Shown: piece by piece, positions 47,403-57,354 of the stretch | Numbering within the stretch: the first letter of the stretch is position 1 | Layout: every line of letters starts with the position of its first letter | Assembly (NCBI GenBank): GCA_043823065.1 | Contig: JBDRBB010000010.1 | Location: forward strand, 192,001 to 256,000 | Source of the DNA: Pseudomonadota bacterium | GTDB lineage: Bacteria > UBA10199 > 2-02-FULL-44-16 > DYJF01 | Direction of reading: 5' to 3' | DNA: 64,000 bases | Position numbers and translations under genes: made by a program | Notes under the pieces: generated by a model | Database searches by the model: none | What the model was told of the DNA's origin: nothing | Seen by the model: only the letters and a program-made list of their open reading frames with translations

Positions 47403-47548
47403 AAGCTACTGATAGGTATGTTGCTGAGCGGCGTGCGAGCGAGCCATCACGGCAGCCTGTATAACATGGCGAGCGAAGAACGCTTCCAAAATTTCTGGCG
47501 CATGAAGAAATTTTGGATTTAGCGAAGCGACGTACCTATCAGTAGCTT
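47403..47548. repeat. 146-bp structured element family F, copy 2
   Basis: The core is the reverse complement of the copy 1 core; the 23-bp outer stem differs. Confidence 0.8.
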
Positions 47549-47562
47549 TAAGTTGATAAAAT

Positions 47563-49917
47563 TTATTTTGCAACACTAGTAATCAGAACTTCTCTGGGCT
47601 TACTACCATCAGCAGGCCCTACCACGCCTTCTGCTTCCATCTTCTCAATTAACCTGGCTGCCCGGTTATAACCAATGCGCATACGGCGCTGAAGCATGGA
47701 GATTGAGGCTTGCTTGGTTTCAGCAATTAAAGCCACAGCTTGATCGTAAATCTCATGATCATCTTCGTCTATTTCTCCAAAACCATTAGCTGTTTCCTTG
47801 GGCGCAGTTAAAATTGCTTCGTTATAAACTGGGCTACCTTGTTTCTTTAAGTGTTCCACAATGCGGTTCACTTCTTTTTCTGAAAGAAAAGAGCCGTGGA
47901 CGCGGATCATCCTGCCGCTGCTGGGCGTCATAAACAACATATCTCCATAACCCAGCAAAGTTTCCGCGCCAATAGCATCTAAGATGGTGCGTGAATCATG
48001 GCGGGCGCTGGTGCGAAAGGCAATGCGCGCTGGAAAATTTGCTTTGATCAAGCCGGTAATTACATCTACTGAAGGCCGTTGGGTAGCTAAAATTAAATGT
48101 ATGCCAGCAGCTCTGGCCATTTGAGCTAGTCTGGTAATGGTCTCTTCCATTTCACTGGAAACAGTCATCATTAAATCAGCCAGCTCATCTATAATGATGA
48201 CAATGTAGGGCAAAGTGCCAGTATGGGGAGTTGCTTCTTTATCTTGTTCCAAAATTTGCCCGGCCAATTCTTCAGTGACTAATTCCAGTTCTCCAGAACG
48301 CACCTTTTCATTATAACCAAGAATATTCCTGGCGCCGGCATTTGATAGTAAACGATAACGACGTTCCATTTCTTTTACAGCCCAGCGCATAGCTAAAATA
48401 CTTTGTTTTGGCTTAGTGACAACTGGCAACAACAAGTGCGGAATTCCGTTGTATGTTGAAAGCTCCAGCATCTTAGGATCAATTAGGATTAAACGCAGAT
48501 CCTCAGGCGAGCATTTAAAAAGTAGGCTGGCAATCATGGAATGAATACACACGCTTTTACCAGATCCTGTGGCGCCAGCCACCAGCAAATGCGGCATCTT
48601 GGTTAAATCTGTAACCAGAGGCCTGCCGTCAGTCATAGCACCTAAGGCAATAGATAACTTAGAGTGACTTTTTTCAAATGGAGGAGCAGAAATTATTTCG
48701 CGCAAAGAAACGATTTCCCGATCATTATTTGGAACCTCAACTCCAACCGCTGCTTTGCCAGGAAGATGCGGTAAAACGCGCACGCTCCTACCGCCTAAAG
48801 CCAGGGCCAGGTCATCTTCCAGATTAGTGATTTGGTTGATTTTAGTGCCTATCGCTGGTTCAAATTCATACATGGTAATGACCGGACCAGGATGGATGGC
48901 AACAACATTTCCTTTAACATTAAAATCAGAAAGCTTTTGTTCCAAATATAGTGATTGTTTTTTTAAGGCTTCTTCATCAACTTCCATTTTAGGTTTATCA
49001 ATTGTATCCAGTAGAGAAATAGGTGGGGGATTGTAACCATCCATCTGGTTAAATTTGAGCTGGTTAGCTGTTGATTTTTTGGCTTTTAAGTCTGCACGAT
49101 CCAATATTTTAGGACCAGCTGCTTTTTCGGAAGCTGGTTTGATAAAAATAGGAGTTTTTACTGAAGCTGGTTTTTCAACATTTACGTTATGGGTCGAGGC
49201 AACATTGACCATGCGCTTAACTGGCGCAACTGATTCCAAAGGTTCGTTTCTAGTGAGTAAGCGTTTGATAACTTCAATAATCTTTTTTAAGACCAAAGGA
49301 ATTTTTCTGCCAATTACAGCCAAGCTATCTCCAAAATTAATGGTAATTGCTGCTAGCCCCAAACCAATTTTTCTCAGTACAGCGTAAATCCCCTGTATAA
49401 GCATGATGGGCGTAATATGGGTGGCCAACATAAAGGTTACTAAGCAGCCAGCTAGCAAAACCAGAACCGCTCCAGCTTTATTTAAATAATGGACAAAGAT
49501 TTCACCTAGCAAACCACCAACAATGCCACCTCCGGCAATAAGATGACCGTGAAGACTAATGGTTTCAAAAAAGATATGAATTAAAGCTGAAATAAAAATA
49601 AGTAAAAAACTATAGGCAATTGCTTCACCCAGCCTAGGTTTAATTTTTCGACCAACCAATTGGGAGAGGCCCACCAAAAATAGCAAACTAACTACTACAT
49701 AGGCACTGATACCAAAGATAACAAAAAGAAAATCTGCGATATAAGCGCCAACAACTCCGCCCAGGTTTTGAATTTTGCTGAGATTGGAAACTGAATTAAA
49801 AGCAGGATCTGCGGGGTGATAGGAAACCAGGCATAAAGTTAAAAAAATGGAAAAGATTACCAATAAAATCGCCAGGGCTTCCCGGCGATAATTATGTGTC
49901 TGTGTTTGTTTTTTCAT
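47563..49917 (-). CDS. ftsK: DNA translocase FtsK
   Basis: N-terminal TMs, PHLLVAGATGSGKS, IIDELADLMM, ATQRPSVDVITG and the gamma domain RIGYNRAAR. Confidence 0.97.
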   Translation of the reverse strand: MKKQTQTHNYRREALAILLVIFSIFLTLCLVSYHPADPAFNSVSNLSKIQNLGGVVGAYIADFLFVIFGISAYVVVSLLFLVGLSQLVGRKIKPRLGEAIAYSFLLIFISALIHIFFETISLHGHLIAGGGIVGGLLGEIFVHYLNKAGAVLVLLAGCLVTFMLATHITPIMLIQGIYAVLRKIGLGLAAITINFGDSLAVIGRKIPLVLKKIIEVIKRLLTRNEPLESVAPVKRMVNVASTHNVNVEKPASVKTPIFIKPASEKAAGPKILDRADLKAKKSTANQLKFNQMDGYNPPPISLLDTIDKPKMEVDEEALKKQSLYLEQKLSDFNVKGNVVAIHPGPVITMYEFEPAIGTKINQITNLEDDLALALGGRSVRVLPHLPGKAAVGVEVPNNDREIVSLREIISAPPFEKSHSKLSIALGAMTDGRPLVTDLTKMPHLLVAGATGSGKSVCIHSMIASLLFKCSPEDLRLILIDPKMLELSTYNGIPHLLLPVVTKPKQSILAMRWAVKEMERRYRLLSNAGARNILGYNEKVRSGELELVTEELAGQILEQDKEATPHTGTLPYIVIIIDELADLMMTVSSEMEETITRLAQMARAAGIHLILATQRPSVDVITGLIKANFPARIAFRTSARHDSRTILDAIGAETLLGYGDMLFMTPSSGRMIRVHGSFLSEKEVNRIVEHLKKQGSPVYNEAILTAPKETANGFGEIDEDDHEIYDQAVALIAETKQASISMLQRRMRIGYNRAARLIEKMEAEGVVGPADGSKPREVLITSVAK

Positions 49918-49923
49918 AGCTTA

Positions 49924-51438
49924 TTAATCTTTAATAAGTGAGGTAAATAAATCAACAATATTTGGATCAAACTGTCTGCCAGATTCTTTATTAAGTTCAA
50001 TTAAAGCCTGGTCTGGTGATAACGGCCTTGGGCGATAAGGTTGTTCATTTATCATAGCATCCCAGGCTTCAGTTAACCCGATAATTCGGGCCCCAAGTGG
50101 AATTTCTTCTCCTTTTAGGCCAGCTGGATAACCATTGCCATCATATCTTTCATGATGACAAGCAATTAATTCTAGCTCTTGGCTCAAGAATGGCGAGCCT
50201 TTAATAATTTGTGTGCCTAAGAATGTGTGTTTTTGCAATAGTTCTCTTTCAGCAATGGATAGCTTGTCGCTTTTAATAAGGATTCTATTTTCAATAGCAA
50301 GTAAACCAATATCGTGCAAAAGGCCTCCTCGATAAGCCACCTTGGAAAGGCCATTGTCAGCATCAATTTTTTTGGCCAATTGTTCAGCATAAAAAGCCAC
50401 TCTTTCGGCATGCCTAACCAGATATTTTTTATGTTGGGGAATGTTGTTAATTACTTTTAGGGTGGCTTGAAAAGCATTTCGTTCTGCTTCTAGGCCAATG
50501 CCCATTATTTCTCGGTTTAATTCTTCAATTAATTGTCTATCTTCTCTAAGTGGTTGATGATTTTCCTCTAAATCCAAATTAGTGCAGATTTCATTTTTTT
50601 TCTTGGAAAGGGTAAGGGCAGCTAAAGCAGTGCGAATTAAATCATCACAGGTTTTAATGTTTTTTCCCAAGGCAGAAACTCCCAAGCCTAAAGATATTTG
50701 CGAATTTTTGCAGATTGCCTTGAAAATTCTTTCTGCAGCTTTTATTGAAGAACGCAAAGTTGTTTCAGGTAACAATATAGCAAATGAATTGTCGCCAAAC
50801 CTGGCCGCAATATCAACTTCCCTGATAGTGGAGCAGATACTACTCGAGGTATTGGCTAAGATACGGTCTGCTTCATGCGGGCCGAGTTTGTTATTGAGAG
50901 CAGAAAAATTATTAAAATCCATAATAATCAGGCCCAACGATCTTTTATAACGATTGGCTTTTTTTACTTCCTGTAAAATAATTTCATTAAAATAGTGAAA
51001 ATTATATAGATGGGTCAGTTCATCGCGAGTTGAAGCTTCTTTTAAACGATAGGCTGTTTTTGTGATTTGTTGATGAAGTTGCTGGCGTTCTTTTAAGTGG
51101 CCAACGCTACGAATAATAGCTGTGCTATTAAGTTCTTCTTCAGTGATAATATCCCGACGTCCTGAAATAAGGCCTTGAAAATTTTTAACTTGATTAATGT
51201 CTGCAACCACCAATAACACAGGTGTATCTGTTAAAGTTACAATTAGCTTGCGTATTTGTTTTTCTGGAATAGAGCAAGTGTCAATAATTACAACATCAAC
51301 ATCTTTGTTGATGTCAGCTTCATTTTTCAGCAAGTTGATTTGCAAGTTTGGATAAGCGCGCAAAAGAGTCTTGCTAATTGCTTTCTTGATATTTTCTCTG
51401 CCTAAAAACTGAATGGCTAAAACCTTAGAGCCCACCAT
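49924..51438 (-). CDS. Degenerate GGDEF plus HD-GYP domain protein
   Basis: DELTHLYN and ARFGDNSF (GGDEF site degenerate); LLHDIG and HHERYDGNGYP. Confidence 0.88.
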   Translation of the reverse strand: MVGSKVLAIQFLGRENIKKAISKTLLRAYPNLQINLLKNEADINKDVDVVIIDTCSIPEKQIRKLIVTLTDTPVLLVVADINQVKNFQGLISGRRDIITEEELNSTAIIRSVGHLKERQQLHQQITKTAYRLKEASTRDELTHLYNFHYFNEIILQEVKKANRYKRSLGLIIMDFNNFSALNNKLGPHEADRILANTSSSICSTIREVDIAARFGDNSFAILLPETTLRSSIKAAERIFKAICKNSQISLGLGVSALGKNIKTCDDLIRTALAALTLSKKKNEICTNLDLEENHQPLREDRQLIEELNREIMGIGLEAERNAFQATLKVINNIPQHKKYLVRHAERVAFYAEQLAKKIDADNGLSKVAYRGGLLHDIGLLAIENRILIKSDKLSIAERELLQKHTFLGTQIIKGSPFLSQELELIACHHERYDGNGYPAGLKGEEIPLGARIIGLTEAWDAMINEQPYRPRPLSPDQALIELNKESGRQFDPNIVDLFTSLIKD

Positions 51439-51447
51439 TAATCCTCC

Positions 51448-51966
51448 TTACAAATAGGTTGTTACTTCTTCAATTTTTCTTCTCGGGGTAGGGGCTGGTG
51501 TTTCTGCTGGCATGCCAATAGGTAATATGGCTATAGGTCTGAAGGCAGCAGGTAGATTTAAGATTTTAGTTGCCTCTTCTTCTTTAAAAGCGCCAATCCA
51601 ACAGCAACCTAATTTAAGTTCAGTAATTGTTAAGAGCATGTTTTCAATAGCAGCAGCAGTGTCTTGCAAGGAGTAAGTTGATAGTCCACGTTCGCCATAG
51701 GAGCGTTGCATGTGTCCTAAATCAGCGCAGACTACAATCACTACAGGAGCAGAAGCTATAAATGGTTGATGCCCAGCTTCACTTGCCAGGCGTTTTTTGA
51801 TTTGCTTATCTCTGACTACCAGAAATCTCCAACACTGGGTGTTGCCAGCAGAGGGAGCCCAAATACCTGCCTCTAAAATTTTATTAACAGTAGCTTCATC
51901 TACAGCAATATCAGGATTAAATTTCCTGATGGAACGACGGGTTTTGATAAGTTCCATGAGTTCCAT
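51448..51966 (-). CDS. Nitroreductase family protein
   Basis: RRSIRKF, APSAGNTQCWRF and LGCCWIG. Confidence 0.92.
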   Translation of the reverse strand: MELMELIKTRRSIRKFNPDIAVDEATVNKILEAGIWAPSAGNTQCWRFLVVRDKQIKKRLASEAGHQPFIASAPVVIVVCADLGHMQRSYGERGLSTYSLQDTAAAIENMLLTITELKLGCCWIGAFKEEEATKILNLPAAFRPIAILPIGMPAETPAPTPRRKIEEVTTYL

Positions 51967-51983
51967 AAATCACCTTTTTATAA

Positions 51984-52727
51984 TTAAAGTAACAAATCAT
52001 CCAAATCAGGTATTAAATCTTCTTTTGGAGGAGGCTCTTCTTTAGGAGGAGGTTTAGGTTTAGCCTTAGCAGGCGCTGGTTTGGAAAAGCCGTGGCGATA
52101 TAATGAGAGATCATCGCTATTTGAGCGCACAATGTCAATGCGATGTCTGGATTGTTTTTCCCATTTTTTTAAGGCTTTTTCCAAAAGAGGCTGATTCATT
52201 GACCACAGCAAGGTATTTTCACCTTCTAATTTTTGTTCAGAAAATAAACGGTAGCTAATGGAGAAAGCCTCTGAACCTGTTTCATCAGGGCCTCCCCAAA
52301 TTACAAATGAAGCTGGCTCTTGAATTTGAATACGTACACTTTGTTCTGGTTGCCATTCAGTGCGTAAAAATCCCACAATATTTAGATTTAGTTTTAAGAC
52401 CCAAATTGGATCAGTAAGACTTTTCATGATGAGCATCAGCTCATCTAAAAAAGTCATTTGTTTTAAGTTATTTTTAATAATTTGTTTTTTGGAATTGTAA
52501 GTAGTAACTTCAATAGAATCTGGCAGGAGTAAACCGAAAAACGAGCGCAAAAAATTAAAAACCTGTTCAAAGAACCACACATTGGTTTCTTCAGCATTCA
52601 TTTTGGTGAAATCCAGTTTGGCATTAAATCCCCAAGATCCAAGTACAAAATTCTTGCGTGAATGTTCATGTAGAAAATCATCCAGACCAGTTGGAATGTC
52701 ATATTGAGGCATAGTTTTTGTAGCCAT
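51984..52727 (-). CDS. Hypothetical protein
   Basis: 247-aa ORF in a co-directional gene run. Confidence 0.65.
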   Translation of the reverse strand: MATKTMPQYDIPTGLDDFLHEHSRKNFVLGSWGFNAKLDFTKMNAEETNVWFFEQVFNFLRSFFGLLLPDSIEVTTYNSKKQIIKNNLKQMTFLDELMLIMKSLTDPIWVLKLNLNIVGFLRTEWQPEQSVRIQIQEPASFVIWGGPDETGSEAFSISYRLFSEQKLEGENTLLWSMNQPLLEKALKKWEKQSRHRIDIVRSNSDDLSLYRHGFSKPAPAKAKPKPPPKEEPPPKEDLIPDLDDLLL

Positions 52728-52778
52728 AGCCCCTAATTTAACGCAAAATAGGTGGAGAATAAAGGAAATATTTCTATC

Positions 52779-52921
52779 AAATACTAATATCTAAATCCTA
52801 AGCACTAAATCCTAAACAATTTCAAATTACCAAAATTCAAATTTCTAAACATGAATTTTTGAGCATTTGGACATTAAAATTTTGAATTTGTTTAGGAATT
52901 AGAAATTAGGATTTCGGATTT
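52779..52921. repeat. AT-rich inverted-repeat element family E
   Basis: CTAAACAATTTCAAATTACCAAAATTCAAAT core, as at 7448. Confidence 0.8.
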
Positions 52922-52925
52922 GTTT

Positions 52926-54923
52926 TTAGGCTAATTCGTATTTGAGTTCATGTTGGGGCCAGATTACTCTGATATTGATTTTGCGGCCGGATTTAGCTGC
53001 CACAAAACCCCAAGCCATGGCATACCATTCGATTTGTACTTCTGGGGTTACCTGTTCTGACTTGCCAATGATAATTTCATCTGCATTTAAGTCAAAAGCA
53101 ACTTTGGCTGTGGCAAAGGCCGGATCTTTGGCTGGGACCACTAAAGGAATAACAGTGGTGCCATGGCGTTCGGCCAAAGCTACCACATTGGTAATTAAGT
53201 GTTGTTCATCTTCAGGTAAGGTATGCAGATCGCCCTTGGGTTGATGTGGATAACGATCAACGGTTAAAACAATTACATCTGTGGTGTGGTGATCTACTTG
53301 ATTTAAGGCAACCTTAAGGTGAAATAAGCTCATGGGGTCACGAGCAGCTACAACAATGCGATGCTCATTTTTGCAACCCAGATGTTCAGGTGTAATTTCA
53401 TCTTCATAGCGCAAATTTACTTTTTCATGTTTATCTTCAGCCATTTTTCGCAATTTTTTATTATGATATTCTGAAAGAACCAGAATCATAAAAAAAGAAA
53501 TAGTAAAAATCATTCCCCATTTAGTGGCTATGGTTTTGGTAAAGATATTTAAGATGGAAATCAGCAATAAACCAACAAAGATTAGAGCCAAGCCAATTGG
53601 CACTTCCATGCCAAACACAGTGAGATTAACTGGCACTTTCCATTCGCGAGGAGCTTTGTTTTTAAAACGCAAAATCAATACCGCAGCTGTTTGAGTGGTA
53701 AAGCTCCACATCACGCCAAAAGCATACGCTTCACCCAGTAAAAATATGTCGCCGCGGCAGAGCAATACAATAATCACTTGAACAACAGCAATGGAGGTAA
53801 TCAGGCGATGGGTTGTACCGTATTTTTTATGTGGTGTGCGGAACCAGCTGGCTAATACTCCATCTTCTGCGACCCGGCATAAATCTCCATTAGCGCCAAT
53901 CATGGCAGTGTTGACAGCGCCAGCTAGAATTGTGGTGCCCACAATTACCACTACGCCTTGAAAAATCAGTCTCAAAGTATAGGGGCCTTTCAGATACATG
54001 ACCAAACCAGCAATCAAATTGTCTTGAAATTGTAGACGAACATCATCTGGGATGATCATGATCGCAAAAAAAGTAGTTACCGCAGTAAACATAAAGCTAA
54101 AAGTAAAGATGATTATGGCTGCGCGCTTCATGTTTTTAAGCTTGGGCTTGGCGATTTCTCGGTAAACCTGCGACAAAGTTTCTTCACCACTCATGGCTAG
54201 CACAGAATGGCCAATAGCTACCATTACCCCAATAGCGCCGATTTGCTTAAGCCAGGATACATTATTTAACAAACCCCAGGCTTCAGGCGTAATTTGGGGG
54301 GTAAATGGTGGTAAGGGTTTGGGATCCAAAATTAAACTAATAATTGACCAGCCTAGTAATACCACAACCATGCTGGCCGTCAGTTTCATAATTTTCAGGG
54401 CCTTGTCACTTGATTCTTTGATACCAATTACATTTTTGTGCCAAAAATATAAAATTATAGCTATGGCAAAAACAACAGCCCCTGGTGCAGTTGGAATTGT
54501 TAAATTAAGGCCAAGTAAGGGAAATATATCATTGAGAAAGCCCATTAGGTAGCTGCCAGCGCTGACTGAGCTGATAGGGCCAGTTAAGGCAAAATCAAAA
54601 ATCAAAGCTGAAACTGAAAGTTTGGCTAAAGTGCCACCCATAGCTTCTTTAACTACGCGGTAAACTCCAGCTCGTACAAACATGCCGCAGGATTCAATAT
54701 AGGTGGCGCGCACGCCGTTGGCAAAGATCATGACCATGGCAATATACCAAGGCGCTGCTTTGCCAAAAGCCTGTTCAGCAATACCGCCGACATAATAGGC
54801 AGTGGAAGCTAAATCACAAAGGACAATGGCTCCAGCACGCCAGAAAGAAATAAAGGATAACATCGCAGTGGTAATCACAACAGCAGTTGTGCGTGCCCGA
54901 TAGGGCGCCATTTGATCTTTCAT
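52926..54923 (-). CDS. APC-superfamily permease with a C-terminal USP-like cytoplasmic domain
   Basis: About 12 hydrophobic segments, LAMSGEE and YAFGV, followed by a soluble C-terminal domain. Confidence 0.8.
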   Translation of the reverse strand: MKDQMAPYRARTTAVVITTAMLSFISFWRAGAIVLCDLASTAYYVGGIAEQAFGKAAPWYIAMVMIFANGVRATYIESCGMFVRAGVYRVVKEAMGGTLAKLSVSALIFDFALTGPISSVSAGSYLMGFLNDIFPLLGLNLTIPTAPGAVVFAIAIILYFWHKNVIGIKESSDKALKIMKLTASMVVVLLGWSIISLILDPKPLPPFTPQITPEAWGLLNNVSWLKQIGAIGVMVAIGHSVLAMSGEETLSQVYREIAKPKLKNMKRAAIIIFTFSFMFTAVTTFFAIMIIPDDVRLQFQDNLIAGLVMYLKGPYTLRLIFQGVVVIVGTTILAGAVNTAMIGANGDLCRVAEDGVLASWFRTPHKKYGTTHRLITSIAVVQVIIVLLCRGDIFLLGEAYAFGVMWSFTTQTAAVLILRFKNKAPREWKVPVNLTVFGMEVPIGLALIFVGLLLISILNIFTKTIATKWGMIFTISFFMILVLSEYHNKKLRKMAEDKHEKVNLRYEDEITPEHLGCKNEHRIVVAARDPMSLFHLKVALNQVDHHTTDVIVLTVDRYPHQPKGDLHTLPEDEQHLITNVVALAERHGTTVIPLVVPAKDPAFATAKVAFDLNADEIIIGKSEQVTPEVQIEWYAMAWGFVAAKSGRKINIRVIWPQHELKYELA

Positions 54924-54929
54924 AGGAGA

Positions 54930-55424
54930 TTAGGCCTCAGACATTTCTCTTTCCCGATGCTGAATAACCTCAAATGCCAGATCAGCAGATGTTAGCTTGC
55001 TAAGAGCAGTTACCACCTCGGTATCACTAAAGATGGCGGAAATTCTGGATAAAAGCTTGAGGTGTTTGCCAAAAGATTGCTCCTCAGTGGGCGAAAAAAA
55101 TAAACAAAAAACACTGGCAGTTAAAGGTAGAGCTGCAGGTCCTTCATCGCGAACAGGTTTGTTGGCAATACCAATAATCAGCTTAATATCTTTAATTTGA
55201 GGAATGCGAGCATGAGGTATAGCTACGCCCATGGGTAAAAAAGTGGTGCTTGAAGACTCACGTTCCATGATAGATTGGAAAAGTTTTGATTTATCTGACA
55301 GACCATTGCTATTGGCAAGTTGCTCAACCAGTTCTTTATATATTTTTTCTTTGGTATCTCCCTTTAGCGGGATGATTATGTCTTTGGGTGATATATAATG
55401 TGTTAATTGCATAAAGTGACGCAT
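54930..55424 (-). CDS. PTS EIIA (Ntr/fructose-type) domain protein
   Basis: ERE..STT...GVAIPHAR and HLKLLSRIS. Confidence 0.88.
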   Translation of the reverse strand: MRHFMQLTHYISPKDIIIPLKGDTKEKIYKELVEQLANSNGLSDKSKLFQSIMERESSSTTFLPMGVAIPHARIPQIKDIKLIIGIANKPVRDEGPAALPLTASVFCLFFSPTEEQSFGKHLKLLSRISAIFSDTEVVTALSKLTSADLAFEVIQHREREMSEA

Positions 55425-55540
55425 TTTCTAACACCACTGACTATTGATGTCAAATTTAGTGTGGTTAATTAAAATGTTGGCATTTTTATTAAAATCGATT
55501 AAATAGCACCAATATTAGTAACCTAAAAAAGGGGGAAAAA

Positions 55541-55999
55541 ATGAAAAGTAGAATTTTGTTGGTTTTGGCTAGTTTTATTTTCGTGCTCGTGGCTTCCAGT
55601 GTTCAGGCAGGAGTGTGTGATTACCATCAATGGCCACCTCTAAAACGTTGTAAAGAAAAACCTCAGAAATTGGTTTTGGCAGGTATCAATTTTGACACAG
55701 GTAGTGCCACCATTAAGAAAGATTCCTATCCAATCTTGGATAGTAATGTTGATATGCTAAAGAAACATTCTGGAAAAGGTATTTTGGTGGTTGGTTATAC
55801 TGATAATGTGGGAAATCCAGCTTCTAACCAAAAACTTTCAGAAAAAAGAGCTGAAAGTGTGAAAAACTATTTTATTTCTAAAGGTGTTGATGCTTCACGT
55901 ATCAGCGCCGTGGGCAAAGGCGAAGCCGATCCTATTGCCAGTAATACTACTGCAACTGGCCGCGCTGAAAACAGAAGAATTGAAGTTGAGTTTAAGTAA
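55541..55999 (+). CDS. OmpA-family peptidoglycan-binding protein
   Basis: INFDTGSA, GYTDNVG...NQKLSEKRA and GRAENRRIE. Confidence 0.92.
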   Translation: MKSRILLVLASFIFVLVASSVQAGVCDYHQWPPLKRCKEKPQKLVLAGINFDTGSATIKKDSYPILDSNVDMLKKHSGKGILVVGYTDNVGNPASNQKLSEKRAESVKNYFISKGVDASRISAVGKGEADPIASNTTATGRAENRRIEVEFK

Positions 56000-56030
56000 T
56001 GTCATTGCGAGGCGTAGCCGAAGCAATCCC
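56000..56030. repeat. REP-like element family B (half)
   Basis: TGTCATTGCGAGGCGTAGCCGAAGCAATCC. Confidence 0.7.
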
Positions 56031-56042
56031 GATTGTAAAATT

Positions 56043-56069
56043 AAAGGGCCGGTTTTTCCGGCCCTTTTT
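56043..56069. terminator. Probable bidirectional intrinsic terminator
   Basis: AAAGGGCCGG-TTTTT-CCGGCCCTTTTT between convergent genes. Confidence 0.75.
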
Positions 56070-56073
56070 ATTT

Positions 56074-57354
56074 TTAAAAACAGCTATCATCTAATGTGAT
56101 TGGTTCAGGTATTGAATTAGCTATAGCTATTGCTAGCAAGCGACCGCATCTGTTTTGAAGTTCATCTTCATGGGTGAGAGCCTCATCATAGATAGAAAAA
56201 AAATCAATTAGTCCTGAGATATGCCCATTATATATAGCGCTTTCTCGGTTTGCTCCGATTACTAATTCATTAGTTGATTCATTGGCTGAAATACCAGATT
56301 CTGAAAACTGTACATGAGAGAAATTTTCAACAATTGTTGGAAAAGTTCTTCCAGGGAGGCCATTATTAATCCAGCCTAGTTCTGTGCCCAAGCGATTGAT
56401 AGTTAAATAAAATCCTAGGCTATCATTCATGGTATCAAAGACTCCGCCTCCTGAACTTGCCACAAAAGGCATAAAACCTAACTCAAAACTTAAAGTATTC
56501 ACAGTAGGATTAAATCTGCTGGCATCTTCCACCACAATGCGGCTGCCTCCTGCAAAGCAAGCTGCTTGATTTAAAAGATTTGTCATAATTACTCCATTGC
56601 AATCTGCGCCAGATGTTACAAAAGAAGGTAGTGAGTCAATAGATCCATGATATCCATTTCCGCTTGAATCATTCGTATTTCCATTGAAATTATAAATTGC
56701 TAAAGCATGAGTATTAACCAACCAAGTATCAGTGTGTATTGTACAATCATCACCTAAGCAAGCCCTGATATTAAAATCAAAGGAAGCACCGTTCCAGCCT
56801 GGGTCACCAACAAGCCTTTCTGCTTCATATTGCGAGCTGTCTAGTACTGCACATAATCTGGCTATTCTTGTAGAATCTTGACATTGAAAAGCTGGCAGTT
56901 CATGTCTTAGTTCCGGAATTTCTGTATTTGCTTGGGTTGAATAAAAAATCGTGTAGTTTGCACCGGCTGCTTCTGCAGGAACCCTTAAATTATCAGCAAC
57001 TACAAATAGCCTGGAAATAGAATGGTCAGCACTATCAGTTGGGTGTCTTAAATCAGCTAAAAAACGTTCAACTTCATCCACATCAGCATCACTGTCTCTA
57101 TCACTATCGGCATCACCATCCATATCTGCATCTACATCATCTACATCAGCATCACCACCATCACCACCATCAATTGGCCCAACATCATCAGCATCAGAAG
57201 GTTGATCGGCATCACCAGGACCAGCATCATCTGCATCTGTAACCTGATCAGCGTCAGAGTTTGATTGGCCAAGTCCAGTTGCCACAAAATCGCAACCAGC
57301 AGCAGAAGCTAATAGGGAAACAATTGTAGCTATTATGTTTAAATTAGAATTCAT
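56074..57354 (-). CDS. Lysine-free putative lipoprotein with an Asp-rich linker and a LamG-like domain
   Basis: 426 aa with 0 Lys; AAGC lipobox-like motif; DAD repeats; YNFNGNTNDSSGNGYHG and G.ID..SIYDEALT LamG-type motifs. Confidence 0.75.
   Translation of the reverse strand: MNSNLNIIATIVSLLASAAGCDFVATGLGQSNSDADQVTDADDAGPGDADQPSDADDVGPIDGGDGGDADVDDVDADMDGDADSDRDSDADVDEVERFLADLRHPTDSADHSISRLFVVADNLRVPAEAAGANYTIFYSTQANTEIPELRHELPAFQCQDSTRIARLCAVLDSSQYEAERLVGDPGWNGASFDFNIRACLGDDCTIHTDTWLVNTHALAIYNFNGNTNDSSGNGYHGSIDSLPSFVTSGADCNGVIMTNLLNQAACFAGGSRIVVEDASRFNPTVNTLSFELGFMPFVASSGGGVFDTMNDSLGFYLTINRLGTELGWINNGLPGRTFPTIVENFSHVQFSESGISANESTNELVIGANRESAIYNGHISGLIDFFSIYDEALTHEDELQNRCGRLLAIAIANSIPEPITLDDSCF

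Noticed and set aside
57062..57260. Tandem CATCAG/CATCAC repeats and the His-rich ORF 57039..57242
   Set aside because: This is the antisense reading of the Asp/Ala/Gly-rich coding linker, not a separate feature.
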